Assembly (NCBI RefSeq): GCF_033153115.1
Contig: NW_026889800.1
Location: 7,502,001 to 7,566,000, forward strand
Length of the DNA stretch: 64,000 bases
Direction of reading: 5' to 3'
Source: Saccostrea echinata
Taxonomy: Eukaryota
How positions within the stretch are numbered: position 1 is the first letter of the stretch; every line of letters starts with the position of its first letter. Below, one piece after another: positions 10,601 through 22,589 of the stretch. The notes beneath the pieces are model-generated. The model had not been told where the DNA came from, did not search any database, and saw nothing but the letters and a program-made list of their open reading frames with translations. Made by a program: the position numbers and the translations under genes.

Positions 10601-11958
10601 CTGCTACATAGAAATGGTAAGACCATCTTCTTCCTTAATAAATTAAAAAGAGAGGACCAGGGCTGCTACATAGAAATGGTAAGACCATCTTCCTCCTTAG
10701 TAAATTAAAAAGAGAGGACCAGGGCTGCTACATAGAAATGGTAAGACCATTTCATTCCTTAATAAATTAAAAAGCGAGGACCAGGGCTGCTACAAAGAAA
10801 TGGTAAGACCATCTTCTTCCTTAATAAATTAAAAAGAGAGCACCAGGACTGCTACATAGAAGTGGTAAGATCATCTTCTTCCTTAAAAAATTAAAAAGAG
10901 AGGACCAGGGCTGCTACATAGAAATGGTAAGATCATCTTCTTCCTTAATAAATTAAAAACAGCAGACCAGGGCTGCTACATAGAAATGGTAAGACCATCT
11001 TCTTCCTTAATAAATTAAAAAGAGAGGACCAGGGCTGCTACATAGAAATGGTAAGATCATCTTCTTAAAAAATTAAAAAAGAGGACCAAGGCTGCTACAT
11101 AGAAATGTTAAGATCATCTTCGTCTTTAATAAATGAAAAACAGAGGACTAGGGCTGCTACATAGAAATGGTAAGACCATCTTCTTCCTTGGACCAGGGCT
11201 AATACATAGAAATGGTAAGATCATCTTCTTCCTTAATAAATTAAAAACAGAGGACCAGGGCTGCTACATAGAAATGGTAAGATCATAACCTCCCTTAATT
11301 TATTGAATTTACTCTCCTCTATCCAGATTCATTATGTTTTAATAAGTAAGTATCAAGCACACAATTGAGCCATTTTAGTTCTTAATATGCACCATTTTCA
11401 AACCTCTTCTGTAGGTGGAATTAGATTTTGTGGTATGTTGCTTTGAAAAGAAGAGCTCTTAATATTACCATTGATTTATAAAGATCGAGTGGCATCATTC
11501 ATCATGCTACTCAATAACTTCATAATTTGACTATTTGATGTTTGTTTTTAAATCTGAGGATGAAAAGTCTTGCATCATGTGAAATCATAGTCTTTATCTT
11601 AATGTCATAGTCTTTATCTTAATCCTACGAGAGTGTTCTCGAAGCTTTATTTTTTTGAAAAAATATTCTTATCCAAGTTATATTTTGCAACCTGGATATC
11701 TTTCAGAATATTGCAGTGGTGGAACAAAATGGAGATATCTCGGAAGACTCAGATTCAGAGCATTGTAGTGACTCAGACTGTGATATAAATTCTGATTCAG
11801 ATGAGTGTTTAATGGGCACAGTGACAGAAAACAATCTTCGGGTTAATAAAAAGGTGAAACACAAACCTAATATTGAGGAACTCCCAAACACTGCTTCAGA
11901 CAGAAGTGGAGCTTGTTATCATCAGTCTGAACATAAATCAGTTGTTGATAAAGGATAA
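7584..11958 (+). CDS. NOPCHAP1: NOP protein chaperone 1 (C12orf45/DUF4598 homolog), 4 exons, ~181 aa
   Basis: Exons 7584-7662, 9842-9931, 10368-10492, 11707-11958 (546 nt, in frame). ATG sits in AAGATGGCGG. ILSQVRDFLPQMEMANKAL...LDIEQVSDDQGQFIEMNIAV, then an acidic Ser/Asp tract and VTENNLRV...PNIEEL, matching the recalled human C12orf45 layout (LLDQVQTFLPQMARANEKL...FNIENI...VIQMDVAL). Confidence 0.88.
8106..8849. mobile_element. Non-autonomous DNA transposon, ~31-bp TIRs, TATGA duplication
   Basis: TATGA|TCAGAGACATAAATAATAGAGATTCACAACT...AGTTGTGAATCTCTATTATTTATGACTCTGG|TATGA. Confidence 0.85.
8919..9402. mobile_element. Older MITE with long imperfect TIRs
   Basis: GGACCATCTTCCCAAGTCAAGGG...AATAGACTAAGCTTGACAGGTT pairs with AACCCGTCAAACTTAGTCTATT...CCCTTGACTTGAGAAGATGGTACC. 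Confidence 0.75.
10469..11298 (+). repeat. 62-bp minisatellite (~14 units) built from the NOPCHAP1 exon 3/intron 3 junction
   Basis: Unit GACCAGGGCTGCTACATAGAAATG|GTAAGACCATCTTCTTCCTTAATAAATTAAAAAGAGAG. Donor-like GT at 10493, 10555, 10617, 10679, 10741, 10803, 10865, 10927, 10989, 11051, 11170, 11215, 11277; the copy at 11108 is mutated to TT. Confidence 0.95.
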
Positions 11959-12607
11959 AAATAAATGCTATAAGCCTTAATGGGATACACTTTTTCTGTA
12001 TGAAAATATGCTTAACACATGAATTAAGTGAGTAGATTGGTCTTCCTCTGTTTCTAAGACAATCAATTATCAAATATGATTTATATATTTTATGGTCAGG
12101 TGCGACTCTATGGGCAAGCGCAGTTGTACATTGTATACCATTAAAATCCTTTATGTAGCTTACTCTTTTAACTTTGATCCACCTCTTCAAACTTCAAACC
12201 ACACAAGACAGTCTAGACTGTGACATCGCATGTTAGTTGCACTTCCATAACAGAGTCTAGATAGTGCATTTTTTTTTAACGAAAGCATTATAGAGTAGAT
12301 GCAATTCCCATTGATTTTAGTTTCTTTTAAGCTCTCTACAAGAACTCAATCTTCACAATTACTGCAGGCCTTTTATAGTTTTGCCTTTCAAATTATCGAA
12401 TGGAATTGTGGTAGCAAAAGAATTCTGCGAAGGTTTCACACAAAATATGCTTGACAACAAATATACAAATTTTAGTTTGAATTTCCTCTGTTCTTACACG
12501 TTAGTCTATTGAGCTTGCTGCACTTGCTATAATTTAGATTTGATTGACCTTTCCCTTTAAAATTAAAACAATTGACAAAAATATGAAAGGATAAAAGTAA
12601 TAGTCAC

Positions 12608-13165
12608 TATGATATCTGACCTGTTAATTGGTGTCAAGATATCTGACCTGTTTTAAAATTAGTGCCTATGATATCTGACCTGTTAATTGGTGCCTATGAT
12701 ATCTAACCTGTTAATTGGTGCCTATGATATATGACCTGTTTAATTGGTTTTGATATCTGATCTGTTAATTGGTGTCAAGATATCTGACCTATTAAACTGG
12801 TGTCTATGATATCTGACTTGTTCAGTAGGTGTCCATTATATCTGACAGTTTTATTGGATTTATGATATCTGGCCCCAAGACCATAAACTGAGAACAGACT
12901 TAAGTCAAAATTTTGAATTTTGATATCGTTTTATTCAGTGTAATTGCTTAAAAATTTGCGATTTTGTGTAACATTTAATTTCAAACATATGATGAAAATT
13001 TTGTCAAAATTATTCAAAATGTTATATTGATTTGTATTTTTGACTTAAGTCTGTTCAGTTTATGGTCTTGGAGCCTGACCTGTTAAATTGTTGTTTATAT
13101 GCCAACTTGTGTCTATGATATCTGACCTGTTGAATTGGTGTTTATGATATCTGACTTGTTTTTAA
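12608..13165. repeat. ~28-30-bp minisatellite interrupted by a MITE
   Basis: Repeated TATGATATCTGACCTGTTAATTGGTGCC variants on both sides of the insertion. Confidence 0.88.
12871..13076. mobile_element. MITE with ~40-bp TIRs (possibly PIF/Harbinger type)
   Basis: GGCCCCAAGACCATAAACTGAGAACAGACTTAAGTCAAAA ... TTTTGACTTAAGTCTGTTCAGTTTATGGTCTTGGAGCC, inserted into a GATATCTGACCTG unit; can be read as a CTG duplication. Confidence 0.8.
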
Positions 13166-15406
13166 TTGATATGCTGACTTTTGAAAAATAAAGAGCACAC
13201 AGAACTATAATGTTAAATGATCTGATTTTAAATTACATGCATTTTAAACTCCTGTCATTATATAGTTCTGGCTTAAGTCCAATTGTTCAAAAGTTTTCAG
13301 GAAATTTTCTGCTGTAGTTGTAGATATCAAGGTGATTATACACAGATTGAGTTTCATGTCAGCTGAGTCCCTTTTTGCAGTTTCTGCCTTTTGATCGAAA
13401 ATACATGTACTTAAATAGATTTGCTGATAAAACTAGGTACCTGATAATTTCTGCACAAACTACAATTGAAGTTTACTATCCCAAACATCCATACCTTAGA
13501 TACCGGTACAATGGATATTTTGATCTGAGTTGGACATCCCAATCACATTTTACTTATGTACTTAAACCTCAAAATGTCAAAACCTTGGATATCTTTAACC
13601 CCATCAAGTATGAGGTAACAAATTTAGACTGTATGTGACAACTGATTAACAAACCATACATGTATTTAAAAGCTTTATTTAGAATCAGTGGTAGAGATTC
13701 TAGAAAATGCAACAAAATACAAGTATATTATATATCTAAAGCTTTATACAGTCATTGTGTAAAATAGTTCAAATGTGTAAAGCATTTATACAAAATATAA
13801 ATTATTTACTGTTCCTAAAAAATGTTGAAAATTTAGAAAGACGTAACGGTAATGACTGATGGAACAAACAGTCCTGTTATGTAACAGATTTAAAAACTTG
13901 ACCAGATCTGTGGAATGTTAAAAAAAATTAATAATTAAAAATATTAAACAATTAAACAACAAAAAATACTCAATTCCCAACAGGTTATTGATGGAATGCA
14001 GGTTGATGACAGAAGATGGCAACAGACTCTCTAATAGGAATGCATAACAATGGACTCGGGCAAATTATATATATTACTATGTACCGGTAATCTTAGACAG
14101 AAAAAAATGTGCTATTTCTGGCGATTTTAAGTAAACAACATTTCAATTTCGAGGAGTTGCACTGAATTTTATGGTATACAGCAAAACTCAGTCATAAAGT
14201 CACTGGAACTTCAAATTTTACTTCCTTATAAAGGAGATTCAGGAACATCCAGAAAAATTGCCAACGGGATTCATAAAAAAATTCCTACGGACTGAGATGT
14301 GTCTTCATAACCGACTTCTTTGTAACTGAGTTTTACTCTACAGACATAAACAGTGATATAGTTAAATATGACAATGAACAATTTGAGAATCTGACTTATT
14401 CAATCTGGTTATTCCACTTCACTATATCATATGATCACATACATTATTCTGTAAGGAAATTAAGTACAGCATATTTTGACTAATCCAATGCAACTCTAGT
14501 ATAGACTAATGCCCAGTACTTAAACAAAAATGAAAAACTATAAAACTACATTTTGTGACTTTAAATTTTTTTTTTTTTATCTAAGGCTATATATCAACTA
14601 GCAGCAAAAAAAAAAATAATAGGTATGAAAAATAAAATTGATAGAAACATACAGGATTCTGCAAAAATACACAATCATCAACTTGTCAGACAAACATCAT
14701 GTATAAAGATTATATCAGCAGATGAGCTACAAAGTGGCAAGAAAATACACTTTTTATAAATGCAGATTGATATCTTAAAGATAATTGTATTAAAATATCG
14801 ATATATGTAAGTACACAGTCATGTATAATGCAGGCACAGGTTTATTAGATGCACTGCCTGTGCTTTATAATCACAACCAAATACATAAAATGCCAGAACA
14901 ACCGTGTTAATGAACAAAGAAATTAAAAAGGATTCATGTTATAAAAAATCTTGGAAGAAAATAAAAAACTAAATGTCCTTGTATGGCAGGTTAAATATCA
15001 ATGCAGCAAATGACAATTAGGCCCCCTTCCTCTCTTCCCACTTGCAATCCTTGGTATAAATGTATCATTGGAAAACCAAGTGTTTAGGATAATTAGTGTT
15101 GGCTTACTAAACAAAATTATTATTGTCAGTAATCCAAATTGTTTGTGGTTTTGTTTATCTAGAAGGCATACCCCCCCCCCCAACCCCCAATATAAAAACA
15201 AACAATTAAACCAATTCTGGTTTGATCTAATATAAAGATCGACCTAAAATGATTGTTTGACATCAAATGCAGAAAATGATTAAACACAATCTATCACTAC
15301 TAATATAATGCCAAAAACAACAAAAAATTCACTATGTGAAACAGCATCTTAGATACTTGCATGTACACACATTGACAAATAGTTCATCCTACTGCATTGA
15401 AAGCTG

Positions 15407-18400
15407 TTATGTATAAGGATAAGCTACATCCAGGATGGCAAGTTTTTGTACATTTGGTCCAATTACATCTGCTTCCTCCCAAGTGTCACTTTCAGGATCA
15501 TAGATGTACAGATTAACACTGGTATGAATTCCCCCCATCACAAATATCTTATCAAACAAAGCATCGCTGTAGGGGAACAAATGTCCAAAGGCCTCAGGAG
15601 TGGGGGCAATTTCTGTCCATTGTCCTGTTTCAAGGTCATAGACTTCACAGTTTAGTTGATTCTTGAATGTTATGCGATCCTCTTTGGCAGTGTACCCACC
15701 CATAGTGTAAAGTTTGCCACTCAGAGCTGTGATGCTGTGTCCCTGTCGACCATTCAGCATATTAGCTTTGGGGACCCATCCTTCAGATCCATCCACCTTC
15801 AGGCACCAAGTAGAGTTCAGTGGCACAGGATCATCCGGCTCAGAGCTTATCCCACCAGAGACATACAGGCAGCCATTGGCAAAAACAGCAGCTTGATCAG
15901 AGGATTTGTAAGGCATTGGTTGGAGGTTGGTCCAGACATTGTCCTCTGGGTTGTACATCTCTACTGATCCTAGAACTTGCTCACTTTCCTCTTTTGTTTC
16001 TTCATCCATCGTGTGATTGACTCCGCCTACCACAAACAGTCTGTTGTCAGAGTTACACATAGCAAATGATACTCTAGGTTCATTCATTGATGCCACCTCT
16101 GTCCAGCCTCGATACTTTGGATCAAACATGAAGACTCTTCCTACAGTACAGTATTTATCATCATATCCACCTGCAGCATACAAGAAGTTGCCAATTTTTG
16201 CTTGACCCATGGCTTGGTAGGAAGCAGTGTCCAACCCACAAGGCCCTAATTCCTCCACAAAAAGACCACACTTGGTAGGATCTCTATACACCAAGATATT
16301 TGCTTCATCAGTGAATGCAAGGATTGTAACTACTGGTCTTGCCCCTCTCTGCTTATACATATCTCCACGCTTCAGGCATTGGCCCATAATGTTAAGACTG
16401 TAATTCATGGCATCCTCAACTATCTCACGTATTTCTGGGAACTCCAGCACCTCTGGAGGAACCGACTCAAGTTCCTCAGTTTCCATCGTATGAAATCTTA
16501 TTTGGCGTAAAAGAGAAAGAAGATGTTCTTTCCTATTTTTTTCATCTGCTTTTACCCATTTTAACACAACATCCAAAATGTAGAATTCTGGTGCTTCTGT
16601 GTAAATGTTCTCCATTAGAAACTGCAAAAGAAGTTCTAGAGAGAGATTTTCAAAGAAACTTGGCTGTTGAGTCAGTTCACCAAGATTTTGACCAATGAAT
16701 CTGAAAATATCCCATCGAAGATCACCAAGGTAGTATTTATCTGTAATCTCCATCACAGCATTATAGTTATCTAAGCTCAAATGTTGGATGAGAAACTCAC
16801 AGCTGACCTCCAAAAGCCAATCCACATGGAAGTACCTAGCTCCTTCTATAACCTCCTCCACTTTGGATGGTTCAAGAGTCACATGACCATGATAGAAATA
16901 ATCCAGCATGGCTGAAAAACCTTTTGGACTTATGTCTTTTAGTTCTATTTCATCTTGCCCTTTTTCTTTCATATTGTGTGAAAACATGGCAGAGAAATAG
17001 TCACTTGCCTCAGACAGAACGTCTCGATGAGCTTTGAAATTCTGGTCTCCAACCTTGAGTTTGATGTCACACTTGTAGTCATACATTTTGGCAGATACTT
17101 TCTTGAAGTTAGTGTTGATATACTTGACTTTGTTTTCTGAGATGACAATACATTCTGTTGGGTTTTGTGGAAATCCATCTTCTTCCTGGGGATCTATTGC
17201 AGCAGTGGCCATTTCACCGTTTATGTCTAAGGTGCAAAAAGTGGACTCTTGATCCTCAAATATGTTATTTTTCAAAGTAAGGTACTGGTTTAATGAAGGT
17301 TCACCTAAATCTTTCCTTACTTCCTCATTAGCACTCTGAACCTCTAAATGTGCCCTTTCTTCCTCTTCTCGAGCTTGCTCACGATTAAATTCAAGGATTT
17401 CTGGGTATTCTACCTCAGCCTCGTCAGTGTTTTCTTCTGTACATTTGACTTCCTCTTTGGTCTTTTCTTGTTCACCCTTGACACCTGATTGGTTGGTTTT
17501 CTTTAGATTCTCAACAGTCACCTCTTTCTCTGAGCTCTTCTTTGGTTTCTCTGCTACAGGTGGTGGCTGTTTTTTAGTCACCACATTTTCTTTGGCAGCT
17601 GATGGCTTTGGGCTATCTTTTACACTCCCAGGGGTAGGTTTACTCCCCTTGCTGGTGTTTGGTTTTGCAGTTTCAACAGCTTTCACTGATTTCTTGGCAC
17701 TACTGATAGTTGGTTCGCTGAGTCGACTAAATACTGAGGAGCTATTGGACTTTGTTTTTTCTGTGGTTTTGGTGGGGCGGTTCTTGGAAAATCCTGACCC
17801 ACAGTTCTCTTGCTCTCCTTCCTGTTCTTTGCCTTGAGTGAGATTTTTCTTTATCTGTGATATAAATTTCCCTTCACTCTTTACTGGTTTTGTTTTTCCA
17901 CTGACTCCATTCGTTCTACAAAATAAGAACATAAAGACTTTTTAAAGATGTATATTAAGCATTGCTTGATATTTTCATCCACTGAAAAGTGAACAACAAA
18001 CTTAAAACAAATACAATTTTCCTGTCAAAGTAAATTTAAACAAATTTTCATATTCTACCTATAAGTTCTGCATAAACAGCTGAGGCCCAATAACAGTAGA
18101 TATTCACTTTGCTTATAAGGAATGGGGAGGTGGGCCACATTGCTTTTAACGAATACAATTTTCCTGTCAAAGTAAATTTAAACAAATTTTCATATTCTAC
18201 CTATAAGTTCTGCATAAACAGCTGAGGCCCAATAACAGTAGATATTCACTTTGCTTATAAGGAATGGGGAGGTGGGCCACATTACTTTTAACGAATGGGC
18301 AGATAGCCCACATTGCTTAAAAGGAATGTAGAGATGGCCCACATTGTTTTTTAAGGAATGGAGAGGTGACCAAATAGTTGCTAAGGCGCACATTTGTTTT

Positions 18401-20526
18401 TAAGGAATGGATAGGTGGCCCACATTGCTTTTAAGGAATGTAGAGATAGCCCGGCCACATTGCCCACATTGCTTTTAAGGAATAGAGAAGTGCCCAGTAA
18501 AAGTTGAGGCACATTGCTTTTATGGAATGAAGATGTGGCCCAATATACCAACTGATTTTAGGGAATTGAGACATGGCCCAATACCAGCTTAGACCCGTTG
18601 CTTTTAAGGATTGGAGAGCATGTGGCCCAGTGGCAAGTGCAGCCCACATTGCTTTTAAAGTCATACATAGCGTATTTTTTGATCTTAAGTTCAGGTAACC
18701 AAAATTTAAAAAAAACTTTTAATATGTTTTATTACTTTAAAGATAGGACTTTCCTCTAAATTACACAATTTAAATCAATCGCGTTTAAAAGATATCAAAA
18801 ATTTAAAACAATAACCGATTTATTTACCGACTCCACATTCAAATAACAGACAAATTTAAAGTCAATTTAACTATAAAAACATGGGGTTATTCAAGCTCAA
18901 AATCAGTGAAAATTTTAATTTACCTGCTACTAGGCACATAACTGATATAATAATTAGTTTTAATATAAAGAAATTTCACATTTTATTTTTTATTCTGATT
19001 TCTATTGCTTTCAAAAATGAGCAAAAAAGCCAAGGTTTTCCTTTAGCTTTGTCAGTATAGGTAGTATATGTCACAAACAATCATCTTTATTCCCTGTTGT
19101 CATCATTCGTCTATCATCAGGTAAGTTATGGGAAGTGGACCACTATCCTTAATTCTATTCTCCAAACATGATAATTAGTAGTCGCAGGTGTGAAAGGGCG
19201 GAACGAGACTATATCAGTCACACATTTACCGACAACTATGGACCCTCGGGCCACACATGCAATCCTGACCAGTGTCCACGAAGACACACATGTATAACTT
19301 ATCAGTGACTGGTGTTGTCCACCCAATGTAAAATATTAATTACAAGTATGTTAACATTTGGAATAATTAATTGAAGAATTGGACAGTTCACACCTAGTAA
19401 TGTATCAAAAAAAGACGGAAAAATCTGAGTAGTTATACATGTAGACCTACACTTTGATGAAAAACTTCAAATGCTTACCTTCCAACTATAATATTTTACA
19501 GTATTAATTTTATTGTTTCAATCATCGTTTAGACTGGTACTCTTCGCTTTATTGATTAGTTATTTCTACACTTCCCCTGGTATGTACACAAAGCATATTT
19601 AGGGTATTGTTTATAATTAGCATTTTGTTAAATAATGTGTCTGAGGGAGTGTTTACTAATAGAAACAAGTTAATGTTTGCAAATCAAATTTTTCTTGCAC
19701 CAATATAAAAAATCATTTACTCAATTATTTGACTAAAATGAATAAACTAGAGAAAGACGCTAAATCTTTCTGGATTGTAGATGATGAGAATTGGCCCATT
19801 CAAGAGCATGCCGGGTTGTGCATAAGGCTCGGAGGCTGGTGAATTTCCCTGCCCATAATGACATAATGCCCTGGTTATTCTGGTATTGCCCCCTCAATCC
19901 CCACTAGGGAAGGAGCCCAAGACACCCTTCTACTTTTAATTACTTCTAATTCTATTCCAATTAATTCTTAGGAACAACCCTGGCATGATTGCTAAGTAGT
20001 CAAGTAAGGTTTTGTCGTCTATTTACTAAGTAAAACAATTAAATGAAATCTTTTTAAACACATATTACCTGAGCACCAAAAAAAAACATTTGGAGAGTTA
20101 AGTCAATAGTTGAAATAAGAGGGATGTGTCCTTTAAGAGGGAACAAAGACAATATAGCTACAGTAGGTATATACAGATAAAAACAGATAATACAGGTAAT
20201 ACCAACTAAATAATCTTACTGCCATCACTAAAATTAAAATAAAAAAGCCATAAACTGTTTATGTATTCAATACATTTGGTTTGGACTTTGTTGGACAAAA
20301 CCATTATGACATTTTACAACTTGCTCTGCAATACAAATGTAACACAGAAATATACATGTACTTAAAAATTTATACATGTATGCATTTCTGTCTTTTTATA
20401 GCAATTTCTTATGCAGTTAATCTGATTTTTTAAATGATATCTTTTTACTTAAGAAATAGAAAAAACTTACAACTTTTTATCAGTAGAATTTTCCATTGTG
20501 TCACCACTGACACCTTCCACCTCCAT
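15407..20526 (-). CDS. Kelch-like BTB-BACK-Kelch protein (Cullin3 adaptor type) with a long low-complexity N-terminus
   Basis: One 2.5-kb coding exon, 17915-15407, after acceptor ttttgtAG. BTB: CDIKLKVGDQNFKAHRDVLSEASDYFSAMF. BACK: VLKWVKADEKNRKEHLLSLLRQIRF. Kelch repeats: LYAAGG, LFVVGG, LYVSGG, LYTMGG, IFVMGG. A phase-compatible upstream exon 20526-20471 (MEVEGVSGDTMENSTDKK, donor GTAAGT) gives ~854 aa; the 5' end is less certain. Confidence 0.9.
18010..18660. repeat. 142-bp tandem duplication (18010-18293) running into a ~32-bp minisatellite
   Basis: AATACAATTTTCCTGTCAAAG...CTTTTAACG twice, then repeated CCCACATTGCTTTTAAGGAATG.AGAG.TGG variants. Confidence 0.88.
19811..19982. mobile_element. 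Short MITE with 5-bp TSD GCATG
   Basis: GCATG|CCGGGTTGTGCATAAG...CTTAGGAACAACCCTG|GCATG. Confidence 0.78.
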
Positions 20527-21989
20527 CCAATATCTTTACTAAATCCAACTATATTCAAAGCAACCAGTTATCTCTACAGTGTTTGAGAAACTAAAAGCTG
20601 CTGGTTTACAGAGCTGAACCTAATAATACTGCCAAGAAGCTGATGAATTATCCTCCTATAGCACAAGATCATGTGATCTCTTGCACAACAAACTACTCCT
20701 CCCAAATTATTACGATGTACTTTCTACGGACCAGACCCAGTCACGATTATCAAAATTAAAAATCGTCACTAGACTTCAAAAGCTCCTGGGCTAAAGTCTG
20801 CACGTCCCCAACCCTGAGTCAGTGGATTGTTAAACTGATGTCCGTTACCTGTTAGGAGACATTAATCTCATCCCATGTTGCTGCGAACCCTAGCCGACGT
20901 TTTACACCCCCCAGCCACACTGGCTTGCTTGGTGTGGATTTTACAACACCAGCCCTCCCAGGGATCATTACTCATTTTACTTACGCCTTGCTGGTAAACG
21001 TCTTTCTTCTCCTTATACTTGTTACACAGAGTTTAACAATTTTAATTTTCTCAATCTATTTAACTAACAAACACAAACAGGAAGAATATAACTGTTAAAA
21101 AGACAGCTCAAAATGTCCTCACAGAACTATTTCCTATCCCATCTGTCCCATTTATCCTGTCATCTTTTAAGATGACTTCAGAGTATCAAAACCTTAGTAA
21201 AATATTTTAAAATGTACATCACTTTCGCATTAATCATTGTAAACCCACCTTTATAAATACAAGTTGAAATTAACGATTCCTCATCCAGGTCTTTCTCAAC
21301 TGCACTCATTCATCTTTAATCTGAAAATAATAAAATTATCAAATCAGTATAGATTTAAACAGCTGTAAAATGAAAATCAGAGAAGTCCTAATGCTATCCC
21401 TTCAGTTCCTAGGGGGTGCCCTTTAAATGCTTGGCATTTATTTACAATATTGACATGATTCATAAGTCCATGTACTGGTTCTGAGGAATCTGTTAAATTT
21501 GTGGGGGTCAATGTTCATGAGCAACCAAATGATACTGATTTACAGAACATAATTTTGTAAGTGCTTCTTTATATAGAAGATTCAGTAAACTAATACATTG
21601 TTAATCAATGACTGTTAAAAATCATTCGTTGGGATGTAAATTTGTGGGTAAGTGTGATCCAAGAAAATCACATTCATCCACCATGAACACTAATGATTCC
21701 ACAGAAATCAGTCGATAGAGAAAATGACTTGTCACATTCATGAACACACACTTTCAACTTGGTCTTAAGTTGATTCTGATCCCTACAAAATTTAAAACCT
21801 CAGATCTCTTGGAAGAAGGGAAAATGCTGTCTGCAGCCAGTGTCACTCATGATTAATATGCAGCATGTGAAGCATGAATCAGACTAAGCATCCACAGATG
21901 CATCATAATGCATGTGCAAGCTTTAGTTTATATCATTGTGATAAGCTTAACAGTACTTAAACAATGACATCAAGCATAAATATAGGTCA

Positions 21990-22196
21990 GATGCAGCATC
22001 TAAAGCATGCATCATGATGCAACATTTAAAGCATGTATCATGATGCAACATCCAAAGCATGTATCATGATGCAGCATCCAAAGCATGTATCATGATGCAG
22101 CATCCAAAGCAATATTGTATCATGCTGCAGCATCCAAAGCATGTATCATGATGCAGCATCCAAAGCATGTATCATGATGCAGCATCCAAAGCATAT
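21990..22196. repeat. 26-bp minisatellite (~8 units)
   Basis: AAGCATGTATCATGATGCAGCATCCA repeated. Confidence 0.9.
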
Positions 22197-22589
22197 GTCA
22201 GACTAAAATCCATAGATACAGCATGCTTGTATATTTATTTAAGCTTAGTTCTGATATGTTTGATACCACTTATGTTAAGAATGGACCTTATTGCTTTCTT
22301 TATCCAGAATCATTCAAGCATAAAATCTAGGTCAGATTCAACATCAATAATCATCACAATTACTACTTTGGTTTGGACATTACTTTTGGTTAGCTAAGAC
22401 CTTAACTCTGAAGGTATGTTGAAGATTTAAAGACTGATGCACAAATGGACACTTTGATTTCAGTATAGACTACCTGCCTTCAATAGCAAATTTGTTGCTT
22501 GTTTCTGTGGTGGTGGTGGGAGGGAGATACTGAATCATTTTTTCCTTCTTTCTAATCCTTACATGGTGAATTTTAAACATGGGTAATCA

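Noticed and set aside
10469-11298. Regular array resembling CRISPR
   Set aside because: The whole 62-bp unit repeats with no unique spacers; no cas genes; eukaryotic intron.
7663-11706. Intronic box C/D snoRNA in NOPCHAP1
   Set aside because: No convincing RTGATGA...CTGA pair with a terminal stem was found by eye.
15446-17837. Plus-strand ORFs of 60-136 aa
   Set aside because: Antisense shadows of the Kelch exon with no independent support.
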